This document shows, one piece after another, positions 39,236-50,700 of a stretch of DNA of 64,000 bases. The stretch is from positions 32,001 to 96,000 of IMG/VR virus record IMGVR_UViG_3300045988_177049; one strand, given 5' to 3'. The notes beneath the pieces are model-generated. The model did not search any database. It saw nothing but the letters and a program-made list of their open reading frames with translations, and was not told the origin of the DNA. The stretch's first letter is position 1. The number at the start of each line of letters is the position of its first letter. Origin of the DNA: a virus. A program made the position numbers and the translations under genes.

Positions 39236-41020
39236 ATGCCACGAAAACCTTCCCAAACCCTTGAACAATTCAGCTCCGCCCTGGCTGATCAGCTTGTTGA
39301 TCAATCCCTACGATCCATTGCTCGTGGATCAGACACAAGAGTCCAATGGCGCTGTCCCATTGACCCTCGCCATATATGGTGGGCAAGCCCAATGAACCGC
39401 ACTAATGCGAAAAATCCAACCGGATGCAGCGTATGTAACGGCAAGACTGTCATCCCCGGTGTCAATGACGTCGCCACAACCCATCCCGACGTGGCTGCTC
39501 TCATGGTTGATCAAAGCCTCACCACGAAGCTCACCGGCTCTTCTAATAAGAGAGTCGAGTTCTGGTGTGGTAATCCCGCACACAACCACTGGGTTGCACC
39601 GCTCAGTAACGTCGCGCGCCAAGGAACGCGCTGCCCTCAGTGCTCAGGTCGTAAACCCGTTTCAGGCCAGAGCGATCTAGCGACCACTCATCCCGACCTA
39701 GTTTCCGAACTTGTTGATCAGTCTCTCGCTACCACCCTCAAAGCAGGGTCAAACACCTCTGTGCTCTGGCAATGCTCGGTGAATCCCGATCACACGTGGA
39801 AGGCAACGCCATACTCACGTACAACTAAAAAGACCGGGTGCCCGTATTGCTCAGGTAGGATCATCGTCCCTGGTGTCAATGATCTTGCAACCACACACCC
39901 CGATCTGGCTATACAGCTCGTGGATCAGTCCTTAGCGACAGCCACGAGCAAGGGTGGGACTACACCTGTGCTTTGGCAGTGCCAAGTCAACCCGGAGCAC
40001 ACATGGCTCGCAGCCCCAAGTAACCGTGTGAAGCCCTCGGGATGCCCCATGTGCTACAGGCTTCATACCAACCCATCTCAAACACTTTTAACCGAGATGA
40101 TCCGCTCTCTTGTTCCCACGAGCACAGTCCTCGGTGACGACCATACGATTCTCCCCTCGGGTAAAGAACTTGATATCGTCGTGCCTGACCACCGTCTCGC
40201 CATCGAGTTCAACGGTGTGTTCTGGCACTCTGAGGCCGCATCTGTCGAAACGCACTGCAAGCCCCATCCTCACGGCTATCACGCTGAGAAAACACGTGAA
40301 GCACGCGAGCAGGGCTACCAACTCGTTCACGTGTGGGAGGATGACTGGGTGCATCGACACGAGCTTGTTATGCGCGCTCTTGCTCATAAGCTACACGCGA
40401 CAGACCGCCTGCCGGAGATTCTGCCAGACATCAACCCGCTGGCCTATGAGCGTCTCTACGCGCGCAGCCTCACAGTGAAAACTGTTCCTGGTGATGTTGC
40501 AAGACGTTTCTGGCAAGACAACCATCTCCAAGGCCCGGTGAACTGCTCTGTCAACATCGGTCTCTATGATCAAAACCATGTTTTACGCGCTCTGCTCGGT
40601 GTGGGGCGCAAGAACCATGGTTCACGTGTCTCGCTGCCAGATGGAACCTGGGATATCCAGCGCTACGCAACACTAGGCATTGTCGTTGGTGGCTTCACCC
40701 GTCTCCTTGCCCACGCTGAGACACTTCTGCCCGTCCACGCGTGGACGTCATGGAGCGACAACGACATCTCTGATGGTGGGATGTACCAAGCAGCAGGCTT
40801 CACCCCGGATAAGCGTCAAGGAGCGAGCTACAGCTACGTCGGACGCACAACCAGGTGGGAACGTGTTCATCGCTCCACGTACACGAAGCAGCGTTTCATT
40901 GACGATCCTGATCTCGTCTACGAGCCTGGTCAAACTGAGCACGAGGCGGCTTTAGCTAATAGGCTCTACCGCATCTACGACGCAGGTAAGACCCGGTGGA
41001 TCAAACACGTGGAACGCTAG
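39236..41020 (+). CDS. zinc-ribbon-repeat protein with C-terminal Vsr/DUF559-like PD-(D/E)xK endonuclease domain
   Basis: At least five repeats of the form W(R/Q)C...H.W.A.P..R....GC..C.G. with ATTHPD linkers (treble-clef Zn ribbons). The C-terminus KELDIVVPDHRLAIEFNGVFWHSE resembles the Vsr/DUF559 core. Confidence 0.5.
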   Translation: MPRKPSQTLEQFSSALADQLVDQSLRSIARGSDTRVQWRCPIDPRHIWWASPMNRTNAKNPTGCSVCNGKTVIPGVNDVATTHPDVAALMVDQSLTTKLTGSSNKRVEFWCGNPAHNHWVAPLSNVARQGTRCPQCSGRKPVSGQSDLATTHPDLVSELVDQSLATTLKAGSNTSVLWQCSVNPDHTWKATPYSRTTKKTGCPYCSGRIIVPGVNDLATTHPDLAIQLVDQSLATATSKGGTTPVLWQCQVNPEHTWLAAPSNRVKPSGCPMCYRLHTNPSQTLLTEMIRSLVPTSTVLGDDHTILPSGKELDIVVPDHRLAIEFNGVFWHSEAASVETHCKPHPHGYHAEKTREAREQGYQLVHVWEDDWVHRHELVMRALAHKLHATDRLPEILPDINPLAYERLYARSLTVKTVPGDVARRFWQDNHLQGPVNCSVNIGLYDQNHVLRALLGVGRKNHGSRVSLPDGTWDIQRYATLGIVVGGFTRLLAHAETLLPVHAWTSWSDNDISDGGMYQAAGFTPDKRQGASYSYVGRTTRWERVHRSTYTKQRFIDDPDLVYEPGQTEHEAALANRLYRIYDAGKTRWIKHVER

Positions 41021-41034
41021 AGTGCAGACAACAA

Positions 41035-41072
41035 AAGTGAGGTGGTGATCCTTATGGACCGCCACCTCACTT
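41035..41072. terminator. bidirectional hairpin between convergent genes
   Basis: aagtgaggtgg ... ccacctcactt. Confidence 0.45.
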
Positions 41073-41123
41073 CGTAGTATCCCAGCACCTCCGCGCACCG
41101 GGGCTTATATCATACCACGAGAA

Positions 41124-44100
41124 TCACTCGTTCTCTCGGCGCTCATGGATACGAGCCATAGCTCGATCAAAAGCACCGTTACCGAGATCTTCCCACGATT
41201 CACAGCTGTTCAAGAACTTATAGAACGCGTCGTGAACCTGCCACGAGCCAAGCTCAGCAGCATTCATGATCGACTCATCGTCACCATACACACCTTGGGT
41301 GGCATCAGACGATGCATCCTGGATCGCGCGCAGCTCAGAGCTTGACAAGCCCTGGCTGATGTACACCCGACCTTCAAGCGAGCACAGTGACCCGTTCGCG
41401 TCCACTCTAAAGAACCGGGCGTCTCCTGCAAGTTCACGCTTGGTCTCACGGTACGCAGCGATGATCTCATCATCAAGACTATGGATCACACTTCCGTTGT
41501 CACCGATAAAATCAGCACGGCTGATCTGACCTTCGGCATACCGCTTCTTCTTCCGATCATCCATAATCTTCTGCTGCACGGCCATTTCTTGCTGAACGTC
41601 CTCATTGATCACGTCATCTTGACTAAAGACATCATAACCCGCTCCCACGAAAGCACGATACGCGTCCTCACTCATCATGTCGTATTCTTCGGACTCATCA
41701 CTTTGACCTTGGCGTTCTGCCTCAATGGATGCAATGAGATCCATGACCTCAGCCGAGTACACGTCTGGGTCCAAAATCGAGATGCCGTAATCATCCAGGT
41801 TATAAGCATCTTGGTACAGATTCATTGCCTCAGCAGCGTTTGCAGCCTGTTCAATACGCTTGTCCAGCATCTTGACAAAGTCAGGCTGGTTCAAGCGCAC
41901 ATCGAACTCAAGTGCAGACGAAAGGGTTGGAATCGTCTGGAGCGAATACGTGTGTCCTGGATGCTGAATCGTGTCTTTGAACAAACGCCACGACATCGGC
42001 AGGATCTCTGCATTGCGGTTCCAGATCGGTGAGATACCAGCGGAGAAGATGATTGAATTACGCTCCGGCAAAAATGCCAAGTCATTGTACCCAATCACAG
42101 ACTCTTCCTTCGCACTGATCGTGTACGAGACCTTGCCCTCAACATTCAAACCTTCGATGAGACGCTCGGTATCCTGAGTCACCGTCTTCGAGTCTCGCAC
42201 CGCGCGGTGGCGCGTACCTGACATCTTCGCCAATGTCTCAATCATCGTATCGTCCGTCGATTTCAGAAACACAATATTGGCAACGTTTCCTTGGATGATC
42301 TTATCTACCGAGTCGCCATAGACGTCTCTAGCCTGCTGCAACGTTTGAAGAATCAACGTAAATTGCTGCTCCTGGCCCAAACCAATCGACAACATGGTTT
42401 CGAACCCGGCGATACCGTGGCCCTCAGACTGCAAGTTACCCAACTCGTCAAGCATGAAGCGCGTCTTGTACAACGGCTTCTGGCTCGACTTGGTCATGTA
42501 AGACTTATCAAAGTTCAAGTCCACCAATTGCTTCACGAGGATCAGCACGAGTTTCGCGTACTTCATCAAGTGCGGTGGCGTCACCAGGAACACAGCCTTG
42601 GGTTGTTCCGAGTACCGCACCGACGACAAGATAATGGCAGGCACGCTCTCTCGCACCGTCTGAGGCTTCCCAGCCTTATCGAGAAGACGAGTCGTGGGGT
42701 AGTTCAGATGACCTGGAACAAGTTTTCCATCCGGCCCCTTCACCATCTCCACGAGAACACCATTACGGATGATCTTGCTTCCCGTCACAGGGTCTTTGAC
42801 GAACTTACGACCATTCAGGGACAACTGGTACCCCTTCGTGAACTGAAAATAGAACGTCTTCAAGAGCACGCCGGTATGCGGATTAAACAAGCGCAGTCGC
42901 AAGTATGCGACATCGTGAGGGAACTTCCCATCGAAGTAGTAACGCGCCCAACCTTCTCGCACAACTGTGTCTTCGTGCTCAAAGTCTTTCCCGAGGTTGT
43001 GTGTCAACTCGGGATCATCAAAGGCATCCCACTTCGCCTGAGCACCAATGAGACCGTCTCGCTTAGTGAAGTTTTGTGCGAAACGGACACCGAAACGACG
43101 AGGGAACGACAACCCGCCCAAGTCAGTGTTCTGGGAGGGCGTACCAGAAGTCAGTGTCGAGATCGTCGGATCAGTAAAGAAGCTCATTGCGGTGATCGCA
43201 ATACCGTAGACAGACGCAAGCATCTTCTCAGCTCCCGCCATTGCACGAAGCGCATTGTTGGCGTTGGCAATGAGCGTGCGCATCGTCGACTGAGGTAGAG
43301 CCTCGGTCGCGTTAAAGAACAAGGTGAGCAGGTCCAGCTCAGGCTTGTCTTCCCACAAGAACTCAATACGCTCGGCTTGTGCCTGGTCGTGATTGATCGC
43401 TTCCTGACGTTCGTCCTCGTCCTGAATCTGGTCGTAATACCCACCCTTGAGACGCTCGTTCATCTGAGTCATGGGCGACTTGCGCTTCTTCGAGGTGAGC
43501 TGCACAAAAAGCTGGTAGCAGTTATAGAGCGTGACTTTACCCCACATGGCATCGAGCTTTTGTTCCAAAACCTTTTGATCCATGCCATGTCGCATCGCAT
43601 ACTGACGCAACTGGTGCTCTTCTTCCAGGTAGTAGTCGATCAAGCCGTATGCTGCACGCTTGAACGCGTTGTTTGCAGCGTTCGGCCACACCGGGTCTTC
43701 TGCACCATCGACTGGGAAGAACACGTCTGCGATGTTTTCAACGTAGAGAGCACACTTGGTCTGGTCACCTTCGCGTGCTGCCTCAGCAGCCATCCCAAGC
43801 GGATTGTAAATGTCCGTTTTCATGGCATTGATGAGGTTAAACTGCACAACCTGGAACCCGCGCATGGTGGCACGGACGTAATTTTTCACCAAAAGTTCGC
43901 CCTTGGGGTCATTGATGACCATGTTGTCCGGGCGCTTTTGGCGCATCCAGATATCGAGCATCGGTTCAATGTAGGTCTGACCTTTACCAGCACGAGTCAT
44001 AGCAAGGATCATGGTGTTGGCAGGGGCTGTATCAACGTAATACACACCAGCCGGGCGCTGAGGCTCATACGTAGGCAGCTCCCACTCCCCATTCACCAGA

Positions 44101-45164
44101 TCGGCGAGCGTGGCAAAACCTTTGAGCTTATCTCGGCTCGCGTTCCCGGGGTTGTAAGGAACAGTGCTGGGGTCGAGACGCCGACGCAGTTTATCGTTGT
44201 CAGGCAGACCCGAGGCGTCCCACAAAGCCGTTCCAAAGGCTTCATCGAACATCGGAACCATGTCAGTGATCGGGGTTCCGTGTTCATCGGTGAGAACCTC
44301 GCCCTTGAACAAAGTCACGTCGTCATCTTCATCAAGAATGTCTGTCTCAGCACGCTTGGCAAACGCCACCGGCTTAATACCCTTATTCGCCACCATCGAG
44401 TGTGAAATGAGCGTTGTCGCACTGACCCCTGTGTGTGCTCCAACATCGGGAACAACGTCGAAACGCTCGCGCACCTCTTCGGGCAAGGCCACGTGCTGAT
44501 CGTTCTTGTACTGGTTAATATCCGTGGTGTCACGCATGAGGTTCTGAGCCTTAAGATTGCGCATCAAGACCAGACGCAGCGCCCCCCATGCTGCTCCACC
44601 AGCGAAGGCGGAGACGAAAAACTTGATCCAACCGAGTGAGAAGATCCACCCCAGAGCACTCCCAGGTTGATCAGCCATCTGAGCATCCCGCTCGGCCTTT
44701 TCTGCTGCCACAGCGTCCTTATGCCACTGTGGTTCAGGAACGTCCTTGGCTGACTCGTAACACGTCTCATCAGATGGGTCAGGCGACCCATCCTCTAGAG
44801 CCGGAGAATAACACACCTCGCTGATCACAGAACGGTGCAAAGCTTTGGTAAGATCCCTGTTCTCAACCGAATAGCTCGGTACAGACGAGTGCCACAGCGA
44901 GTCTTTCACCGCTGCAATGCCCATCGAACCAAACGAAATGATCACCCAGACGGAAATGAAAACAAGTATGCCGACCGCTGCTGAGGCGATCTCACGAGAG
45001 CGAGGAGAGAGCTTTGCTTCAATCTCACTACGCTCAAGCTGCTGATCCCCGTGAACATCCTGGTACGCCAAGGAGTCCAGCTCGTCTTGCTGACCGAGCT
45101 GTGCCCACGCTTGGCTCCCCTTTTCACGAGGGGCCTGCCCTCTGGCTTTTCGACGCCAACCCAT
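41124..45164 (-). CDS. type IV secretion coupling protein (VirD4/TraG-like T4CP) with long C-terminal extension
   Basis: Two N-terminal TM helices. ILAMTRAGKGQTYIEPML (T4CP Walker A, cf. APTRSGKG) and VINDPKGEL (the conserved T4CP DPKGE motif). 1346 aa. Confidence 0.7.
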   Translation of the reverse strand: MGWRRKARGQAPREKGSQAWAQLGQQDELDSLAYQDVHGDQQLERSEIEAKLSPRSREIASAAVGILVFISVWVIISFGSMGIAAVKDSLWHSSVPSYSVENRDLTKALHRSVISEVCYSPALEDGSPDPSDETCYESAKDVPEPQWHKDAVAAEKAERDAQMADQPGSALGWIFSLGWIKFFVSAFAGGAAWGALRLVLMRNLKAQNLMRDTTDINQYKNDQHVALPEEVRERFDVVPDVGAHTGVSATTLISHSMVANKGIKPVAFAKRAETDILDEDDDVTLFKGEVLTDEHGTPITDMVPMFDEAFGTALWDASGLPDNDKLRRRLDPSTVPYNPGNASRDKLKGFATLADLVNGEWELPTYEPQRPAGVYYVDTAPANTMILAMTRAGKGQTYIEPMLDIWMRQKRPDNMVINDPKGELLVKNYVRATMRGFQVVQFNLINAMKTDIYNPLGMAAEAAREGDQTKCALYVENIADVFFPVDGAEDPVWPNAANNAFKRAAYGLIDYYLEEEHQLRQYAMRHGMDQKVLEQKLDAMWGKVTLYNCYQLFVQLTSKKRKSPMTQMNERLKGGYYDQIQDEDERQEAINHDQAQAERIEFLWEDKPELDLLTLFFNATEALPQSTMRTLIANANNALRAMAGAEKMLASVYGIAITAMSFFTDPTISTLTSGTPSQNTDLGGLSFPRRFGVRFAQNFTKRDGLIGAQAKWDAFDDPELTHNLGKDFEHEDTVVREGWARYYFDGKFPHDVAYLRLRLFNPHTGVLLKTFYFQFTKGYQLSLNGRKFVKDPVTGSKIIRNGVLVEMVKGPDGKLVPGHLNYPTTRLLDKAGKPQTVRESVPAIILSSVRYSEQPKAVFLVTPPHLMKYAKLVLILVKQLVDLNFDKSYMTKSSQKPLYKTRFMLDELGNLQSEGHGIAGFETMLSIGLGQEQQFTLILQTLQQARDVYGDSVDKIIQGNVANIVFLKSTDDTMIETLAKMSGTRHRAVRDSKTVTQDTERLIEGLNVEGKVSYTISAKEESVIGYNDLAFLPERNSIIFSAGISPIWNRNAEILPMSWRLFKDTIQHPGHTYSLQTIPTLSSALEFDVRLNQPDFVKMLDKRIEQAANAAEAMNLYQDAYNLDDYGISILDPDVYSAEVMDLIASIEAERQGQSDESEEYDMMSEDAYRAFVGAGYDVFSQDDVINEDVQQEMAVQQKIMDDRKKKRYAEGQISRADFIGDNGSVIHSLDDEIIAAYRETKRELAGDARFFRVDANGSLCSLEGRVYISQGLSSSELRAIQDASSDATQGVYGDDESIMNAAELGSWQVHDAFYKFLNSCESWEDLGNGAFDRAMARIHERRENE

Positions 45165-45311
45165 ATCGTCACCTTCCTTTTAATTCGTTTGGTACACCAA
45201 TACAATCATATCAGATATACACAGGTTGTATCAAAGACAAAAAGAGGGGATACGGCCCAGGTTTCCCAGACCGTATCCCCTTCTTACGCTACCAAGTGGC
45301 GCACGGGTATC

Positions 45312-47600
45312 TTAGACACCCAATGTACCACCACCAGCAGCATTATTCATCACCCATGACATCATCGAAGCAGCGTGTGCGCTCGAACCTGCCCCGCCAT
45401 GAACGAGCATTCCAATGATCACGCCCAGTGCGAGGAACGCCAGAGCGACCAAAACCGCCAGCGCGATGTAGAGTCGGTTGGCTCGCTTGGCGACAAGGTT
45501 CTCGCGATCCATCTGATCCATGAGCAGCTGCTTGTCGGTTTGCAACGACTCGACCTGGCTCTGGAACTGCCGTGCGATCTCATCACGAACAACGCCAACG
45601 CGCTCGGCTTCTTCCTTCACGCGCTCGTTCGCACGCTGAACCTCTGCGCGAGCCTGAGCGAGCTGTGCATCATTTTCCTGGCGCATACGCTCCAAGACCT
45701 TGTTCGCTTCGTCCTGAGCCGCTAGAACGCGCTTGTGGGCTTCATCGCGTTCACGTGCGATCTGCTCGTGCAGCTCCTGTTCACGAGCTGCAAATTCAGC
45801 GCTCTTTTCCTCAACGATGTTCTGACGCGAGAGCTGTTCCTGGAGAGCCTGGGTACGAGCAATGTCTTCCTTACGATTCTCATCAAGGAAGTCATTCATC
45901 TCGACGCGGAACTTCTCGATCAGTTCAGCTTCACGCTGCACCTGCTCAGCGCGCTTTTCAATGAGGTGATCCATCACCTTAGTGATGGCCGCATCGAACG
46001 CACCCTGTGCCGAGGTCTTGCGAGCACGCAAAATCTCATAGCGGCGTGCCTCGTAGTCGGATTCGATGTCCAAGCGAATCGATACTTCCAAGTCGTCCAT
46101 CTGGCGAGTTAGAGCGGGCTTGTGACGCTCGTCGTAACGCACGCGCTCTTCCCCGATTCGAGCCTGGATAAAGGCTTCACGTTCCTGCTGGTACCGATCG
46201 GCGAGTACAGCCTTCTCCTTCTCAGAAATCTCAATCAAATCGGCAAGAGCCTTTGTCTCATTACCATTGACCTCAGCCATGGTCTTGGCCCACGTGTTCT
46301 CGGCGTCTTCGTCAATGCTCATCTGAGACGAGATCTCATCTCCCGTACGTGAGACGAGCGAGAAGAACAGGTTACGCAGTTCCTCGATATCACGACGACG
46401 CTGGTCAGCAAGAACAGTGTTCGCCTGCTGAGAGAGCATCTTGATCTGACCATCAAGCCAGTTGGTGCTGTCCAGATGATCCAGAGAGAACTGAGCCGGG
46501 GTATCAACCTCGTAGCCCAGCAGGGTCTCGAAAGGCGTCATATCAACGGCGAAATCCAGGCTGTCATCAAGGAAGCGACGAGCAACGGCTGTGCGAACAG
46601 CGTCTTTATTAAAGACACGCTCGTCCACCGGAGCAACCTCAGGTGCGACCTCTACCTCTTCGGTCTGAGTCGGTACATGCAGAGCAGGGGCGGGAGCCTC
46701 TTCGATGTCATCGAAGGGGTTCTCATCCTCATCGTCCTCGTCATACAGACCCTCATCCGAAGGCAGCTCATCAACCATCGATTCATCCGGGATGTCATCG
46801 GGGTCGAAGTGAGGCAGGTTTTCAACAGCCTCAACAGACTCACTCTGAGCAGCGGTAGGCGGAAGGGTCGGAGCAGCCGGTGCTGCTTCCTCATGCACCT
46901 CTTCGGGTGCCACTTCTTCTACAGCTTCCTCTTCAACCCCGTCTCCACCGAGACGCTTCCACAGCGTCGGGATGAGCGATGCCAAGGTGATAGTACCCGC
47001 TGCAATCTCCTGAGCCTGAGCCAGGGTGACAGTATCGATGTCTCCATCAGGAACCTCAATGAGACCCGTTGCTTCATCGAAATGAACAGGAACGGTTTCA
47101 AGAGTTCCATCGGCGGCAGGGGTCACCGACGTGAGCAAGAACTTCGCACGGTCGAACAGGGTGTACTCCCCCATGCCATCAGGTCCAAGGGAAGCAGGGG
47201 TGGGGATCACGCCCAAAATATTGTGACGAAGCATGTCTTCGGTCGCACACACCTGGATCTTATCGTCAGCGATCCGCTGAAGGATCGACCCCTTGTCTTC
47301 ATTGCCCTTGGACGAGACCTTACCGAGGCCCCCGATACCGCCGTCTTCGATCGAGGCGTCAACAGGGAGCGCAAGAATCACGCCAATACCGTTTGGCAGA
47401 AGCCATTCGGTGTTCTGGCGAATAATATCAAGGGCAGCGCCGGGTTCAGTCTCATCGATGACCAAAGTCAGCGAGTCCTTCGCAGCACGTGCATCAACGG
47501 CTGGTGCCTTCGTTTCGGTCTGAGCAGGAGCGGCTGCCTGAGCTTCTTCAATTGCGCCGCCGCCATCGGCAGCAGCCTTGTCTTTCTTGCCAAACAACAT
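45312..47600 (-). CDS. membrane-anchored coiled-coil protein with acidic N-terminal region
   Basis: Long heptad-rich E/R/K/Q region (aa ~400-700) then a C-terminal TM helix LYIALAVLVALAFLALGVIIGML. Sits between the T4CP and the Clp-like ATPase. Confidence 0.5.
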   Translation of the reverse strand: MLFGKKDKAAADGGGAIEEAQAAAPAQTETKAPAVDARAAKDSLTLVIDETEPGAALDIIRQNTEWLLPNGIGVILALPVDASIEDGGIGGLGKVSSKGNEDKGSILQRIADDKIQVCATEDMLRHNILGVIPTPASLGPDGMGEYTLFDRAKFLLTSVTPAADGTLETVPVHFDEATGLIEVPDGDIDTVTLAQAQEIAAGTITLASLIPTLWKRLGGDGVEEEAVEEVAPEEVHEEAAPAAPTLPPTAAQSESVEAVENLPHFDPDDIPDESMVDELPSDEGLYDEDDEDENPFDDIEEAPAPALHVPTQTEEVEVAPEVAPVDERVFNKDAVRTAVARRFLDDSLDFAVDMTPFETLLGYEVDTPAQFSLDHLDSTNWLDGQIKMLSQQANTVLADQRRRDIEELRNLFFSLVSRTGDEISSQMSIDEDAENTWAKTMAEVNGNETKALADLIEISEKEKAVLADRYQQEREAFIQARIGEERVRYDERHKPALTRQMDDLEVSIRLDIESDYEARRYEILRARKTSAQGAFDAAITKVMDHLIEKRAEQVQREAELIEKFRVEMNDFLDENRKEDIARTQALQEQLSRQNIVEEKSAEFAAREQELHEQIARERDEAHKRVLAAQDEANKVLERMRQENDAQLAQARAEVQRANERVKEEAERVGVVRDEIARQFQSQVESLQTDKQLLMDQMDRENLVAKRANRLYIALAVLVALAFLALGVIIGMLVHGGAGSSAHAASMMSWVMNNAAGGGTLGV

Positions 47601-47752
47601 TGAAATCCTTTCGTTTGATCAAATGGGTGATGGAGCCGGTACCACCACCCAACCACGGTAATGAATGGTACCGGCATCGCGAGGTTTACACTCGTGTATC
47701 AGCATATCACACTTTTATGCACCGATGTTGATACACGAGCATATTCGCACTA

Positions 47753-50700
47753 TTACGCGAGAACAGCATCATAAGGTTGGACCACAACACGCGCATCCGA
47801 CTTCAAAATCGACACGTCTTCACTACGCAATGTGCCTTCAATTCTGACGGCAATATTACGTTCATGTGGATGTTCATTGATAAACGCGGCGATTTCCGTT
47901 GTCACAAATCGCTGCATCCGTCGCACCATGTCACGAGCACCACCAGAGTCCGAGTCGCTCCGCGCCTCATCTTCCACGAGAAACTCCAACACACGCCCAT
48001 CGACGGTGACATGGATACCGTGCTTACGCTTGACGTCTGTGATCATTTCAGCGAGCTTCTTCGTCATGATCTTGCGCAGCGTGGCACGAGACAGAGGCTG
48101 GAACGGGACGATGGCATCGATACGACCCAAGAGTTCCGGTGGGAACTTTCCACCGTCTTCGCTCTTGATCGAGGTCTCGATGATCTTCTCGTAATCTCGC
48201 ATCGTCTCTTCGCTCCCGTGGTCATCGGCGTTGTATTCACCAATGGTGCGATAGATCTCAGAGCCAGCGTTCGTGGTCAACACGATGTACGTGTTCAGGA
48301 ACGAGACCTGGCGACCATCTTTATCGGACAGACGACCGTCATCGAGCACCTGAAGCAGCAGGCGCACAACGAGCGGTGACGCCTTCTCGATCTCATCGAA
48401 AAGCAGCACGCAGTGGCTCGTTGCCCACACGTGACGAGCGAGGTCTTCACGGAAGAGATCAACGCTGTCATCCCTGCCCCATTCCGACATGTCGAAACGC
48501 ACAAGGTGGCGCTGATCGTCGCCAAACAGGATCTTTGCAAGCTGCTTCGTGACCTCAGTGTTGTGCGTAACGATGAAGTCACCTGCTTGGTACAGGTGCT
48601 CGTCATCGGCAACGTAAATACACGAAGAGGACTCTCGATACGGAAGTTTCTCGATCTTGGTGATACCGACCATATCGAACTTCTTGACACGTTGACGACC
48701 CTTGGTTGCGACCTTTGCTTCCTCAGCAATGGCACGCTTACGCTCCAACCAAAAGAAACGAGTCTTATCGTCATTGCTGGACTTGACGTAAATCGTATAC
48801 TCCGTTGACACACGACCATCATCATCGGTGCGCATATACGTATTCATAGTGTTAGACACACCGAGCGAAAACAGCAGTTCGCGTACATCCTCAGCCAGGC
48901 CCTGAGAAGATGTCGAATAACTGACATCATAACGATCCTTAACGATGCTACCGTCAGTATCGAAAAGCCCGCGCACTAGCTCCCAACGTTGTCCAACGGA
49001 TGCCGCCATATACTGTTGTGGGATACGACGCTCAGTAGAATATACACCGATTAACTCAGGAACCTTAGCAAAGATATCTTTCGTCTGAACGAGACTATCC
49101 CTATGCCCAAATTTCTCACCAGTTTTAAATAGCCAGCAATAATGTGCGTTATCTTCCTTAAACTCAAAACCGATGGTCTCACTGATACGACGTACAACAT
49201 CAATATCATCAGAAGATAGCCTCAGTGGCTTTCTCGTCAAACACCCATTTCCGATAAACACCCCAACCACATAAGGATCTACCGGCAAATGAGCATCAGG
49301 CCACTGCACAGCCTCATTCATCGGGATGAAAAACTTCATGCGTTTCGCCCCACTCTTTGGATGAATGTTCAATACACCCGACTCCAACATATCCATCGTT
49401 GTCATCACACGAGGCTGAACATCGAGGCCCCCACGCTTACGCTCCCGCATAGACCGAGTGTACACACTCCATAAATGCGGCCCACCAACATCAAGGTGTC
49501 GACCATCCCACGTGTGAACACGATAAATGTCCTGCTTCCCTTGAGGGAACACAGCGAGAACCTCTTCCGGTGAGCCATCGCGTTTAAACACACGATCACC
49601 AGGAACGAGATCACCGTGACGTTTCCACGCCACAGAACCATCCTCAGAAAAGACTGGTACACGAGTAGAGTCTGTACACAGCTTGCCCACGCCTGAGCTG
49701 CCCGTCAGCAACAGCGATGCCATAGGTTTACTCGGGTCATTCAACCCGGCCACACACAGCTGCAAACGCCGTGCAATCGACGTCGTGGCAAAGTCTTGGC
49801 TAAAGACGCGCTTGTCCAGCTCGGCTTTAATCGCCGTAGCATCGACGTTAATCTCGACTTCGACACCGAACTCGACTTTCAACACTGTTGCGAGCAGTTT
49901 CTTATCCATCGGCTCACCGAGGTACCTGTGGCGACCCACCATGGCATCGAGCACACGGATCGACTTACGCGGCTGTACGGAGGCAGGCACGTAGCGGTTC
50001 GTGTAGTCAAAGATCTGCTCGTAGAGCGACTCGCTGATCATGCCCTGATCGACGCCATACTTTTGCGCCATGGCCTTGAGAATCTCGATAGTCACCCTTC
50101 GATTCGTCTGAGGGATGTTGATACGCGCAAGGCGTTCAACCAAAGGCAGGTTCGAGGCAATATGAGCATCGAACTCGTCATAGGTCGTTGCCGCAATAAC
50201 CTTGATCCCACGCGATCCAGAAGCCGCGAGCAAAGGCTTGAGCGCTTCCACAGCAGCAGCGGAGAGCTGAACCACCTGGTGAAACTCGTCGATGAACAGC
50301 ACGACTTCCCGGCCCTCGGCCTTAGAAAAAGCCTCGGCTTCGTCGAACAGAGCCTTGAGGCGTGCAGCCATTTCCTCGGGGTTCGACAGGTCAGAGATCA
50401 TCTTCGCCATGTCAACTTCGAGGTAAATACGAGCCGGATCATCTTCCATGCACGACTGTACGAGCACAGTGTTGTGCGTGACGATGTGACCCCGACCCAC
50501 CTGGTACAGGTGAGTGTCCGAGTCCACCATGATGCACGTCATCTCTGTTTCACGGTTATTGTCAATAACCTCAGCGATCAAGCCACCGATTCGACCCAGA
50601 GAACACTCCAGCTCGTGCATGTCGATATCGACCTTCCAGATGAAAGGCGAGGACACATCTCGATACGACTCACTTTCTCGCAAGGCTCGTACCATCTCTT

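Noticed and set aside
42291-44405. Two plus-strand ORFs (335 and 342 aa)
   Set aside because: They are antisense to the T4CP gene (DPKGE, Walker A on the minus strand). Shadow ORFs.
46476-47603. 375-aa plus-strand ORF
   Set aside because: It is antisense to the coiled-coil membrane protein gene and has no motif. Shadow ORF.
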